NCBI GenBank assembly: GCA_004431415.1
Contig: QPMI01000218.1
Coordinates: forward strand, 1 to 64,000
Direction of reading: 5' to 3'
Length of the DNA: 64,000 nucleotides
DNA from: Cyanophora paradoxa CCMP329
Lineage: Eukaryota; Plantae; Glaucophyta
A program made the translations under genes and the position numbers. Shown in pieces: positions 1-12,307 of this stretch. Below the pieces are notes generated by a model. The model made no database searches. It saw nothing but the letters and a program-made list of their open reading frames with translations, and had not been told where the DNA came from. Position 1 is the stretch's first letter; each line of letters starts with the position of its first letter.

Positions 1-3000
1 CTCCGCCGAGCAAATGAGTCCGCCCCGCCCCGCCCCGCCCCGCCCGCCGCGCCGGCGCCGGCGCCGACGCGGGGCGCGGGGCGCAGTCTCGTGCGACCGG
101 CGCGACTTCGGGTGCGGGGGCGGGACGCTGAAGCGCGCGTGGGCGTTCCTCTCGAGCCACGGGGTGACGACCGAGGCGTGCGTGCCGTACAAGGCCAAGG
201 CCGCCAAGACCTGCCCCGCCGGCTGCGCCGACAAGGGCCAGGGCAACGCCTTCGTCACGTACAAGGCCTCGGGCTTCTACAAAGTCGGCGGCCCGGGCAA
301 CGTGGAGGCCATCATGACGGAGATCTACACCAACGGGCCCGTGCAGGCGGGGTACACCGTCTACGCCGACTTCATGTCGTACAAGTCGGGGGTCTACCAC
401 CGGACGACGAGCAAGGTGGCGGGGGGCCACGCGGTGCGGGTCGTGGGCTGGGGCGTGGAGAAGGGGGTGCCCTACTGGCTGGTGGCCAACAGCTGGGGCG
501 CCGACTGGGGCGAGGCGGGCTACTTCAAGATCCGCCGCGGCACCAACGAGTGCGGCTTCGAGGACGAGATCTTCGCCGGCACGCCCCTCGTCCAGCCCGC
601 CCAGCCCGCGCCCCTGCCCCCCGCCGTCCTCGCCGGCCCCGCCGCCGGGAGCGTCTCGGGCACCGCGGCGGCCGACCCGGCCAGCAACCGGCTCTGGGAG
701 TCCGCCGAGTATGAGCGGTTCAGCGGCTGGTCCGAGGAGCAGTTCGCCTCGTTCGTGCGTGCTTTGGTTTTGGGGTCGCCGGTTTAAAAGGGGCCGCGAC
801 GTTGGCGGGTGGCTGCGCTCTAGCCCGGATCGTGTTGTAGGCACCATTCAGCGTCGAATACGCGCCGCGGAACGGCCGGATTGACCCGCGCCACACTTTG
901 CCCGGGCGGTTGCGTACGCGGGCGGCCGGTTGACCGGCGCCTCGCGCAGAACGCGCTGCGGCGGGACGACGAGAACAGCATCGAGTTCGCGGGTGTCCCG
1001 ACGAAGAACGACGTCCTCAGCGGCCTCCCCGAGAACTTCGACGGTCCGCCCGCCGCCGCCTGCCGGCCCCGGCCCGGGGCCAACGCGTGGTGCGGGGCCG
1101 CGCAGCGCGGGAGCGGTGGCCCGGGGCGGTGCGGCCGGTGGTGGACCAAGGCAACTGCGGCTCGTGCTGGGCGATCTCGTCGACGGGCGTCCTCGGCGAC
1201 CGCCTCTTCGTCGCGTCGGGCGGCGCCACCGACGTCGCCCTCTCCGCCGAGCAAATGAGTCCGCCCCGCCCGCCCCGCCCCGCCCGCCGCGCCGGCGCCG
1301 GCGCCGACGCGGGGCCCGGGGCGCAGTCTCGTGCGACCGGCGCGACTTCGGGTGCGGGGGCGGGACGCTGAAGCGCGCGTGGGCCTTCCTCTCGAGCCAC
1401 GGGGTGACGACCGAGGCGTGCGTGCCGTACAAGGCCAAGGCCGCCAAGACCTGCCCCGCCGGCTGCGCCGACAAGAGCCAGGGCAACGCCTTCGTCACGT
1501 ACAAGGCCTCGGGCTTCTACAAGGTCGGCGGCCCGGGCAACGTGGAGGCCATCATGACGGAGATCTACACCAACGGGCCCGTGCAGGCGGGGTACACCGT
1601 CTACGCCGACTTCATGTCGTACAAGTCGGGCGTGTACCACCGGACGACGAGCAAGGTGGCGGGGGGCCACGCGGTGCGCGTCGTGGGCTGGGGCGTGGAG
1701 AAGGGGGTGCCCTACTGGCTGGTGGCCAACAGCTGGGGCGCCGACTGGGGCGAGGCGGGCTACTTCAAGATCCGCCGCGGCACCAACGAGTGCGGCTTCG
1801 AGGACGAGATCTTCGCCGGCACGCCCCTCGTCCAGCCCGCCCAGCCCGCGCCCCTGCCCCCCGCCGTCCTCGCCGGCCCCGCCGCCGGGAGCGTCTCGGG
1901 CACCGCGGCGGCCGACCCGGCCAGCAACCGGCTCTGGGAGTCCGCCGAGTATGAGCGGTTCAGCGGCTGGTCCGAGGAGCAGTTCGCCTCGTTCGTGCGT
2001 GCTTTGGTTTTGGGGTCGCCGGTTTAAAAGGGGCCGCGACCGTTGGCGGGTGGCTGCGCTCTAGCCCGGATCGTGTTGTAGGCACCATTCAGCGTCGAAT
2101 ACGCGCCGCGGAACGGCCGGATTGACCCGCGCCACACTTTGCCCGGGCGGTTGCGTACGCGGGCGGCCGGTTGACCGGCGCCTCGCGCAGAACGCGCTGC
2201 GGCGGGACGACGAGAACAGCATCGAGTTCGCGGGTGTCCCGACGAAGAACGACGTCCTCAGCGGCCTCCCCGAGAACTTCGACGGTCCGCCCGCCGCCGC
2301 CTGCCGGCCCCGGCCCGGGGCCAACGCGTGGTGCGGGGCCGCGCAGCGCGGGAGCGGTGGCCCGGGGCGGTGCGGCCGGTGGTGGACCAAGGCAACTGCG
2401 GCTCGTGCTGGGCGATCTCGTCGACGGGCGTCCTCGGCGACCGCCTCTTCGTCGCGTCGGGCGGCGCCACCGACGTCGCCCTCTCCGCCGAGCAAATGAG
2501 TCCGCCCCGCCCGCCCCGCCCCGCCCGCCGCGCCGGCGCCGGCGCCGACGCGGGGCCCGGGGCGCAGTCTCGTGCGACCGGCGCGACTTCGGGTGCGGGG
2601 GCGGGACGCTGAAGCGCGCGTGGGCCTTCCTCTCGAGCCACGGGGTGACGACCGAGGCGTGCGTGCCGTACAAGGCCAAGGCCGCCAAGACCTGCCCCGC
2701 CGGCTGCGCCGACAAGAGCCAGGGCAACGCCTTCGTCACGTACAAGGCCTCGGCTTCTACAAGGTCGGCGGCCCGGGCAACGTGGAGGCCATCATGACGG
2801 AGATCTACACCAACGGGCCCGTGCAGGCGGGGTACACCGTCTACGCCGACTTCATGTCGTACAAGTCGGGCGTGTACCACCGGACGACGAGCAAGGTGGC
2901 GGGGGGCCACGCGGTGCGCGTCGTGGGCTGGGGCGTGGAGAAGGGGGTGCCCTACTGGCTGGTGGCCAACAGCTGGGGCGCCGACTGGGGCGAGGCGGGC

Positions 3001-3080
3001 TACTTCAAGATCCGCCGCGGCACCAACGAGTGCGGCTTCGAGGACGAGATCTTCGCCGGCACGCCCCTCGTGGGGCCCGC
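1..3080. repeat. Near-identical tandem repeat, period ~1241 bp (cathepsin units including their introns)
   Basis: CTCCGCCGAGCAAATGAGT recurs at 1, 1242 and 2483. Confidence 0.95.
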
Positions 3081-3141
3081 CCAGCCCGCCATCCTCGCCG
3101 GCGCCGGCGGCACCGCCCCGGCCCCCGCCACCCTCGCTTGA
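1..3141 (+). CDS. Cathepsin B-like (papain family C1A) cysteine protease; at least 3 tandem pro-enzyme units in one spliced reading frame; 5' end outside window
   Basis: Exons: <1-17, 87-754, 950-1043, 1106-1258, 1327-1994, 2191-2284, 2347-2499, 2568-3141, all with GT..CAG introns. Motifs [23 protein letters not shown] (catalytic Gln/Cys), [35 protein letters not shown] (His), YWLVANSWG (Asn), IRRGTNECG. No long occluding loop. A 1-bp G-run deletion at ~2752 in unit 3 is probably a sequencing error. Confidence 0.93.
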
Positions 3142-3705
3142 GCGGCGCGGCCCGAAGTCGCACTTCGTTGGGCCCCGGCGGGCCCGCGCCGCGCGCGGCG
3201 AGCGCCCGGCCGGGTCCCGCCCGCGCTCACGCTCTTTTCTTGGACAGTCTCTTCTTGGACAGTTTCTTCTTCAGGGCTCTTTTTCTGGACAGTTCGCCGC
3301 GGCCCTCGGCGTGTACAACTCGTGTTTTCAAACGCCCGCGCGCTCCGGCGCGCGGGCTGTAACTGTATCTGTACAAGTATGGACTGTTGCGGCACCGGGC
3401 GCGCCCGGTGCCTTCTGATGTGTTTGTGTTAGCCCAGGATCATTAGGTAGCGGATTCGATGTACTCTTTCCTTCGCGCATAGTACTTTGCGGCAGATTTC
3501 ATGTAGCCAGCGGCGCGCTTGGGCGCGCCGCCGCTGGCGTGATTTAGCGTCCACCTCGTGTACCATACTATGATAGCTATAGACAGAGACGATGTTTCTG
3601 CGTTTTTCTGCGAGTCTCGGGCCCGCGGGCCCGCCCTAGCGTAGCGTTCCGGCGGGAACATGTGTAAATGCACACAGACGCGGCTGCGTCGATTGCAGTG
3701 CGGGC

Positions 3706-6700
3706 TCAGGGGGCCGGGGCCGGGGCCGGGGCGCGGGCGGGGAAGGCGGCGCGGAGGACGGCCTCGCAGCGGGGGCAGGGGCGCCCCTCCTCGGCCGCCG
3801 CGTGGCGCCAGCAGCGCGGGCACTTGGCGGCCCCGCTCCGCCGCACCGCCACGTGCACCTGCCCGCCCCCGCGGCCGTGAGCCCCGCCGCTCGGGCGGCG
3901 CGGCGCGGCGGGTCGGGGGAGCGCACGGGTGCCCCTCGACGTCGGCGGCGGCGGCGTGCGGGGGCGCCTCGCCGCGCGGGGCCGGCAGGAGCTCCGCGCG
4001 GCTCACCTGCAGCAGCGCCTCCAGCTCCGACGGCGTCCCCCTGGCCCCCGTCAGGCCGCGCGGGCGGCGGGGCGGGAAGGGGCGGGGGCACGGGGCGGGC
4101 GGGCGCCGTGCGGGTGGGCGGAGGGGCGGGCGGCGAGGGCCTCGAGGGCGGGCCGCAGGGGCGAGCCCGGGGCACGGCGAGCTCCACCGCCGCCTCCAGC
4201 GCGCTCCCGATCAGCCTGCCGCCTGCCCGTCAGCCGGGCCCGGGCAAGCCGGGGCGGGGCCGGGGCGGGCCGGTCGGCGCGGGCGGCCTCGAGGACGCGG
4301 TTCACCGCCGCCCGCAGCGCCAGCAGCTCTGCCGGCGGCCCTCAGGGCGGCGCCGGGGCGGGCGGCGGGCGGGGGCGCGCACGGCGCCAGTCGGCCTCCA
4401 CCGCGGGGTCCTCCCACGCCGCGTCCTGCCCCCCGCGGCCGCGGCAGGGGCCCCGCGTCGGCGCCCCCGCGGGCGGCGGGGGCGGGGGCGGGGGCGGGGC
4501 CCCGCACCGGCTCGAAGGGGGGGCGGAGGAGGCCGAGTCGGGGCCCGGGGGCGCCGCGCCCCGCAGCGCCGCCGGCGTATGCCGGTGCACCTGCCGCCCC
4601 TCAGCGCGCCGGCCCTGGGGGGGAGGGGCGGGCCGGGGGCGCCTCCTCGGTGGTGAAGGGGAGGACGGGCGCCGCCGCGCTCTGCAGCGCCGCCAGCGCC
4701 TGCCGCGGCGTCGGCGTCGGCGGGGCCCGCCCGGGGGCGGGGCGGGGGCGGGGAGGGGGGGGCCACGTGGGCGAGGACGGCCTGGCAGGCGCGGCGGGCG
4801 GGGTCGTGGGGGGCGAGGGCGTAGAGGCGGTCCTTGGAGAGGTCGAGGTAGAGGGCCGAGACGTCGACCACGGCGAACTGCACCAGCGCCGCCACCGCCC
4901 GCGCGAACGCGTGGCCCTCGTACGCCTCCCGCGCCCCCCGCGCCAGCGCCGCCGTCCGGTGCAGCATGTACCGGTCCAGCTGGCGGGAGGAGGGGGTCGG
5001 CTGGAGGGGGGGAGCGGAGGGGGGGGCCGCACGGGGGAGAAGAGCTCGGGGTGGGAGGCGGGGCTCGGGGCGGTCGCGGGGTCGAATCCCGCGAGGGCCC
5101 CCAGCAGGAACCGCGCCGTGTTCCGCACCTGCGGGGGCCCCGGCTCCAGCCGCCCGCCGGCGGGGCCCGGGGCGGGGCGGGAGGGGCGCGCGCCTTGCGG
5201 ACGGTCTCGGCGGTCTTGTCGAGCACGCCGCGCCCGATGCTCGCGTCCTGCGGGGGCGTGAGGGGGGTACGGGGCCTCCGGGAGGGGTACGCGCCCGGGA
5301 GTAGTCGGTGGAGGCGGCCCAGGCGCGGAGGACGTCGGCCCCGTACGCCGGCTCCGCCTTCTTGTTCTTCCCCCCTGGGGGGAATGAGGCGGAGGGGGGT
5401 ACGGGGCGGGGCGGGGCGGCACCCTCGACCACCACGGCGGGGTCCACGACGTTCCTGGGGGGAGGGGGGAAGGAGTCGGCGGCGGGGACGGGGTGCGGGG
5501 CGCCCGGGCGGGGGTACGGCACCGAGGGACTTGGACATCTTGCGGCCGGACTCGTCGAGGACGAAGCTGCGGGCGGGGCGGGGGCGGGTGAGGGCGGGGG
5601 CCGGGCGGGCGGGGGCCGGGGGACCCGTGAGTGACGAGGGCGCGGAAGGGGCGACGGGGGCCTCCCCCGCGCCAGCGCCGCCGCCGCCGCCGTCAGCAGC
5701 GACGACTGCGCCCCGTCAGCGGCGAGGCCGGGGGCGGGGGCGGGGCGGGGCGGGCGGACGGGCCTGGAACCAGCCGCGGTGCTGGTCGGAGCCCTCGAGG
5801 TACACGTCGGCGCGCGCCCGCCCGGGGCCCCGAGGCGCGCCCCAGCGCCGCGTGCCACGAGGCCCGCTGTCCAGCCTGCCCCGCACGGCCCTCAGCGGCG
5901 CCCCGGGTCGGGCGGGGCGGCGGGCGAGGGCGGGCCAGACGTCGAGGGTGTCGGTGCCGCGGACGAGGCCGGCGGGCCCGCCGGCGGCGGCGAGGAGGGC
6001 GGGGTGGGCGAGGCGCTCGACGGGGAGCGTCCACCAGCAGTCCGACCCCTGCTCCCGCACCTGCCCGCCGCGTGGGCGGGCGAGGGGGCGGGGCGGGCGG
6101 GGCCGGGGCGGGGCACGAGGGCGGCGACGTGGGCGATGGACTCGGGCGTCATCAGCGCCTCCCCTGCCGGCCCCCAGCCGCTCGCCGCTCGCCGGCGGGG
6201 CGGGGCGGGGGCGGGGCGGACCGGTGTCGGCGCGGTAGAAGACGGGGACGGGGACGCCCCAGGGCCGCTGCCGCGAGACGCACCAGTCCCCTCCCGCCCC
6301 CGCAGGAACGCCTCCAGCCGCGCCCGCCCTGCCCCCCGGCCCGCTCGAGCCCGGCCGGCGGCAGGCGGGGGCCGGCGCGGGGGGCACCGGCGGCGGGGTA
6401 CGTCTTGACGTCGTGGAGGGCGGCGAGGGCGGCGGGATCAGCGGCCCGAGCCGCACGAACCACTGCTCCGTCGTCCTGTACCCACCGGGCGCCCTCGGCG
6501 GGGGGGCGGGCGGGGGCGGGGGCGGGGGCGGCGGGGGGCACCGGACGATGACGGGCTTCTTGGTGCGCCAGTCGTAGGGGTACTTGTGCTCGTGGCGCTC
6601 CTCCAGCGCGAGGGCGCCGCGGGCGCGCAGCTCCGCGAGCACCGCCTCCGTCCCCTCCCCGAGCACCGCGAGGCCCGCCAGCGGCCCCGCCTCTGCCGTG

Positions 6701-8579
6701 AAGCGGCCCGCGGCGTCGACGGGGCAGACGGGGGGCAGCGCCTGGGCGCGCCCGAGGGCGAAGTCCTCGTGCCCGTGCCCCGGCGCGATGTGCACCAGGC
6801 CCGTCCCGCTGCCCCCGCCCCCGTCAGGCCCACCGCGGGGGAGGCCGGGGGCGGGGCGGGGCGGGGCGCGCGCCTCTCGGTGGTGACGTGCTCGCCGGCG
6901 AGGAGGCGGCGGGGGCAGTCCGGGGCGGTGGAGTACAGCGCGGGGTACCGCAGGCCGGCGAGGGCCGAGCCGGGGAAGGGCGGGGAGACGTCGGCGGGGG
7001 CCCCGAGCTTCGCCCCGAGCGCCTCCAGCAGCGCCGCCGCCACCACTGCCCCCGGCCGCGTCGGGGGGGGAGGCGGGGGGAGGAGGAGGGCGGAGGTACC
7101 GCATCGGGCCCCGGGGAGGGCGGGGAAGGAGGCGAGCACGTACTCCGCCTGCGCCGAAAACGCGACCGCCTGCGGCCCGTCGGCGTGCGGGAGGGGCCGG
7201 CGCGTGGGGGAGGGGGGTACGAGGTTGGCGGGGAGGGTCCAGGGGGTGGTGGTCCACACGAGGGCGAACGCGGGCCCCCCCCCGGCGAGCGGGTGGCCCC
7301 CTGCCGCCCGCCTCAGGTGAGCCCCGGTGCTCAGAGAGGGGGGGGTACGCGGACCGGGGGCGCCCTCGAGGGGGCCCAGAGCGACGTACGCCGCCCGAGA
7401 CGCGTGCCCTGCCCCGCGCCCGTGAGGGGCGGGGGGGTAAGGGGAGGGGAGGGGGCGGAGGCACCGTCGGGGTACTCGAGCTCGGCGTCGGCGAGGGCGG
7501 TGCCCTGCGCGGGGGCGGGCGTCGGGCGGGCGGGGCGGGCCGGGGCCGGGGCGGGGGAGCGGACGGAGGAGGGGACCAGTGGACGGGCCGCAGGCCGCGG
7601 TAGACGAGCCCTGCGGGCCCGGGCTCGGGCGGGGCGGGCGGGGCGGCGGGGCAGCGGACCGGCGGCGACCATCTCGGCGAAGAGCTCGAGCTGGCGCGCC
7701 TCGTACCCGGGCTGGAGGGTGGCGTAGGGGCGGCCCCAGTCGGCGAGGACGCCCCAGCGCTCGAAGCCGGCCCGCTGCGCCTCCATCGTCCCCTCCGCCA
7801 CCTCCCGCGCCCGCCGCCGCACCTCCGCCGCCCCCAGGCCCGCCGCGCCTCCCGCTGCCCCGCCCCGCGACCCGTGAGGCGGGCCGGCCGCGCGGGCGCC
7901 GGGGCGCACGTCGACGCCCTCGAGGGCCTTGAGCTCGATGGGGAGCCCGTGGCAGTCCCACCCCGGCACCAGGCTGCCCCGGCCCCCGCTCAGCGGCCGG
8001 CCGGGGGCGGGGCGGCGCGGGCGGGGCGCGGGGGCGCGCCTGAGGCGGCGCCCGCGCTGGATCTGCACGCGCCCCACGATGTCCTTCAGGATCTTGTTCA
8101 GCGCGTGCCCTGCGCCCCGCCCGCCCTCAGCGCCGGCCGGCGGGCGGCGGGCGGCCCGGCGCGCCGATGTGCAGCGGGCCGTTCGCGTAGGGCGGGCCGT
8201 CGTGCAGCACGAACGGCTCCTGGTCGGCCCGCGCGCGCTCCTGCGCGCCCGAGTCAGACGGAGCGACCGGTTGCGGGGAGCGGCGCCGCGCCTGCCAGGC
8301 GTAGAGCTCGGGGAAGGAGCGCAGGATCTCCGGCTCGCTCTCGAGCGGGTTCGCCCGGATCGGGAGCGTCGTCTGCGGCAGGTTGAGCGTGTCCGCGTAC
8401 GCGTGCTTGTCGTCTGCCTTCTTGGCGGGCTTCTCCGCCTTGCCCGCTAGCCAGCGCGCGAGCTGCAGGACGTGGTGCGGCGCGGCGCGGCCTCCGGACG
8501 CTCCGACCAGCGCAAACACCGCGCGGGCCGTCGCCAGCGCCGACGGCGACGGCTGGCCGCCGCGTGAGAGCGGACCCAT
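3706..8579 (-). CDS. ileS: Isoleucyl-tRNA synthetase, bacterial type (organelle-targeted), many introns
   Basis: YADTLNLPQT, FVLHDGPPYANGPLHIGH (HIGH), PGWDCHGLPIE, WTTTPWTLPAN, GTGLVHIAPGHG, HKYPYDWRTKKP, DWCVSRQRPWGVP, EGSDQHRGWFQ, KMSKSLG (~5540), YLDLSKDRLY and a C-terminal Zn finger KCPRCWRH..CPRC before TGA at 3706-3708. N-terminal extension starts at ATG 8579. Confidence 0.93.
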
Positions 8580-8641
8580 GAGGTGCGAACGCAGTATCCG
8601 CTACCCCAGGCCAGTTCGCAACAGGCAGCAGTTCGGCCACG
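8580..8641. promoter_or_regulatory. Putative compact bidirectional promoter/5' region between IleRS and Rieske
   Basis: Divergent ATGs at 8579 (-) and 8642 (+), only 62 bp apart. Confidence 0.45.
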
Positions 8642-9699
8642 ATGCTCAGACTCGCCCGCGCCGCCGGCGCCATCAAGCCGTCCGGTGAGCATATGGAAAC
8701 TCTAGCGAACCAAGAGCCTACTGCGCCCGCCCGCACGCAATACGTCAATCTATGCCGCAGGCAATGTACCGTCAGGGCTGCCCTCGCTGACGTTTCTGCT
8801 CTGTCCGCAGTCAACGCTCGCGTTGGCGCGCTGCTGGCACGGCCCCACGCGACGAACGCCGTGGCCACCCCTGCCTACAGTGAGCTCAGCTCCGTGCCCC
8901 TGTACCAGCAGGAGAAGAAGATCGAGCGCTTCACTCCCGGCGATGAGAACCGTCGTCCTTTCGCCTACCTGGTGATCGGCAGCGCCCGCTTCGCCTACAT
9001 GGCGTGGACTCGTGTGGCGGTCCTGAAGGTCATCAGCACCATGAGCGCCTCGGCGGACGTGCTCGCGCTCGCCAGCGTGGAGGTCGATGTTTCCTCCATC
9101 CCGGTCGGCCAGAACGTGACCATCAAGTGGCGCGGCAAGCCCGTCTTCATCCGCCACAGGACGGCGGCTGAGATTGCCGAGGCCGGCGCTGTCAACATCT
9201 CGGAGCTTCGCCACCAGGAGACGGATGCTCAGCGTGCACAGAAGCCCAACTTCCTTATCATGCTCGGCGTGTGCACCCATCTCGGCTGCGTGCCCCTAGG
9301 GAACGCCGGTGCGCGATGCACATCCCGCAGCGACCGCCGGACTCTTTCGATAAGCATTTCTTCCTTTCTGACCTTTTGTCTCACCTGCAGGCGACTACAA
9401 CGGCTGGTTCTGCCCGTGCCACGGCAGGTCAGTTCCATCCACTCCGTGGCCGCCAGCTCGGGCCGCCCTATGTTGGCCTCGCACAAAGCCCTCTCTTTCG
9501 AGTGGTTGAGAGATAGCATCGGCTAAGCGCTGCGACCCTTCCTCTCTCGCCGCCGCTTCTTGCACGGCGGTCGCTGACGCGCCGCCCGCCGCACAGCCAC
9601 TACGACATCTCCGGCCGCATCCGGAAGGGCCCTGCGCCGCTTAACCTGGAGGTGCCGCCGTACAAGTTCACCAGCGACTCCACCGTCCTCATCGGCTAA
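8642..9699 (+). CDS. RIP1: Mitochondrial cytochrome bc1 Rieske iron-sulfur subunit
   Basis: Exons 8642-8684, 8811-9308, 9391-9427, 9597-9699. Basic presequence MLRLARAA, then [44 protein letters not shown] and [15 protein letters not shown]. Confidence 0.97.
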
Positions 9700-10468
9700 G
9701 CGCTGCGGCCCTCCTCTCTCGCTGCGGTTCTTTCCGGTTGCTGGAGGGGCGACCTCTCCAGCGTCTCCGCTCATCATAATGACTCTCCCATAGCGTTCTC
9801 AGCCCAGCTTTGTTTGTAACAATCCACCACTTCTCTTGTATTTCTTCCGCGGCCGCGCCACGTTGCAGAGCCTACGGCAGCCGAGCTTCAAGCCAGGATC
9901 GAAAGGATGCGGGACGCAAGATGCACAATAGCGAGTCACGAACAATACTTAGGGCGGTGCATTCACTGCCGGACATGATCCTTGAAGCGCGTGCATTGCA
10001 AGCTTGAGCGCTAGCTAGCGCATCAACCCTTGATCGGCGCGCGGCCGAGATCGAAGGGAAGCAAAGAATCAACGTCCGATCGCCGAGACTGAGAGACTGC
10101 CACGTGCACGGTGCATGCGCAGTGCCAATTTGCAAGTTCAAAGTCAGCCGCGGGGCCGGTGGGAAACGAAGACGTGTCGCAGTCTGCATGCAAACGTCGA
10201 CGCTCATATCGAAATCCTGCTCGACGTCGACTGCGCAGAGCAGCGAAACGAGCTGGATCGCGGGGATGCCTACTCACAGGGGGGGTACCAGCCTCATCAA
10301 AGCGAGCCAGGAGAAAGTCGCAGTCGCGGGCCAGGCTCGCTCGGGGTTCGTTTGGTTCGGGGCATATGCTTGAGTGTTGAGGTTCGCGTCGTTTTTTGGG
10401 CGTTGCGGAGCCTCGCGGGGTTTGACAGTCGCCCCCGCCCCCATCGCGCCCGGCAGACAGAAGGGCCG

Positions 10469-12307
10469 ATGCGAGTCTTCATCAACGTCCCCGAATCCAT
10501 TGAGCCGGTGGCTCTTGAGCTCGACGCGTACGTCCCCTGGATGGTCTGCTCGCTTTCTTGGAGCCAAACCTGGGACGCAGGACCGCCACTATCGACCTCC
10601 TCAAGCGCAAGCTCCAGGATGAGCTCTCATGTCCTGTATCGCATCAGACCCTCTTCAAGAACGAGGAGCGCCTGGATAACGGGCGGACACTCCAGCAGTG
10701 CGGGGTGGACCACGGCGACACGTTGTACCTTATCCTTCCCGACCGCGCAGAGCCCCTTAAGCGTGACAAAGGTGCGAAGGACATGCCTCCCCTCGCGTCC
10801 CCCGGCGGCGATCGAGCTGCGCAGCTGGTGTCGTGCCCGAGGGTTTCGACAAGAGGGGCGGAGCACGGCGTCTGACAGTTCCGATGATGCAAACACAACA
10901 CGATGGCGACATATCAGGCCTTCCCCAGTCTGTGCAGGTTCGTGTTCGCGCCACGGTTGCTTTTTGTGGAAGTGTCCGATCAAACGATCTTACTGTCACG
11001 CCCGCGTCCGTGCAGCAACATTTCGCGGCACTGCGCATGGCAGACAAACTCACCGGCGGGCCGGACGCGAAGGCGGATACCGCGGCTGGTTACATATCGG
11101 GCGGTTCCGGGCAGTTCAAGTACGGCGCTTGCTCGATCAAGGTTCGGTCCTCGCGGTCCTTGTATCGCGTCTTTCCGTTCATTCCTGCGGGAGTGCGGTC
11201 GGCCCTGACGCGCGCCTCTCCCGCAGGGGATGGAGTACATGAACCCCAAGAAGGAGAACCAGGACGCGTATTTCATTATCGAGCCGTTCAAGAAGACAGG
11301 AATCCTGCTAGGCATGTTCGACGGGCACGGCGCGTACGGGAAGGTGAGCGGGTCGCCGGGCGCCGCGGGGTGCACCGCCGGCTGAGCGGCGGGGCGGCAG
11401 CTGGCGTCGAACTACGCGAGAGACAAGCTGCCTGCGATCCTGGAGAAGGGCAAGATCGTGCCGGGCAAGTCGATGGACGCGTTCCGGGAGGCGTTCATCA
11501 AGACGGACAAGGAGATGAAGCGGGAGTACAAGGACCGCGTGGGCTACAGCGGCACAACGGCCATCGTCGCAATGCTCATCGGCGATGACCTCTACGTCGG
11601 CAACGCCGGCGACTCGCGCGCCGTCATGGCCACCATCCAGGACAACGTGCGCCCGCCGTCGCCGCGGCCGCGCCCGGGGCCGCGGGGCGCCGACGCGCAG
11701 CCGCGCGCAGGTGGTCAAGGCGGTCGAGCTGTCGGACGACCACAAGCCGGACCTGCCGGAGGAGCGGAAGCGCATCGAGAAGTGCGGCGGCCGCGTCGAG
11801 CCGGCCCGCGACATGGAGACCGGCGAGTACTTCCTCCCCATGCGCGTCTGGCTCAAGCAGGTGCCCCGGCCCCGCCCCGCCCGCCCGGCTCCGCCGGGGC
11901 CGTGCCGACGGGGGGGCGGGGCGGGGCAGATCAACCTGCCGGGGCTGGCGATGTCGCGCTCGCTGGGGGACGCCGTCTCGCACAGCATCGGGGTGACGCC
12001 GGAGGCGGAGGTGCGGCAGGTCAAGATCGACCGCTCCACGGACAAGTTCCTCGTCCTCGCCACCGACGGCGTCTGGGAGTTCATGACCTCCCAGCAGGCG
12101 CCCCCGCCCCCGCGCCCCGCTCCGCCCCCGGCCCGGCGCCTGACGGGGCCCGGCGGGGGGGCGCAGGTGGTGGACTTCGTGGCGCAGCACCTGCACCGGG
12201 GCCCGCAGGAGGCGGCGGAGCGGCTGGTGAAGGAGGCGTACCTGCGCTGGGAGGAGGAGGGCGAGGGCGTCGCCGACGACACCTCCTGCATCATCTTCCT
12301 CCTCTAG
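10469..12307 (+). CDS. PP2C/PPM-family Ser/Thr phosphatase with an N-terminal ubiquitin-like domain (an upstream exon near 10266 is possible)
   Basis: UBL: MRVFINV..VALELDA|TATIDLLKRKLQDELSCPVSHQTLFKNEERLDNGRTLQQCGVDHGDTLYLIL. PP2C: ENQDAY, GMFDGHG, SGTTAIV, LYVGNAGDSRAV, LSDDHKPDLPEERKRI, GLAMSRSLGD, FLVLATDGVWE, DDTSCIIF. In-frame splices join the two halves. Confidence 0.88.

Noticed and set aside
2745-2760. Frameshift in cathepsin unit 3 suggesting a pseudogene
   Set aside because: A single G is missing from a G-run relative to units 1 and 2, the same pattern as elsewhere; most likely long-read error.
3234-3295. Three TTCT(T)GGACAGT copies downstream of the cathepsin stop
   Set aside because: Short 3' UTR micro-duplication with no evidence of function.
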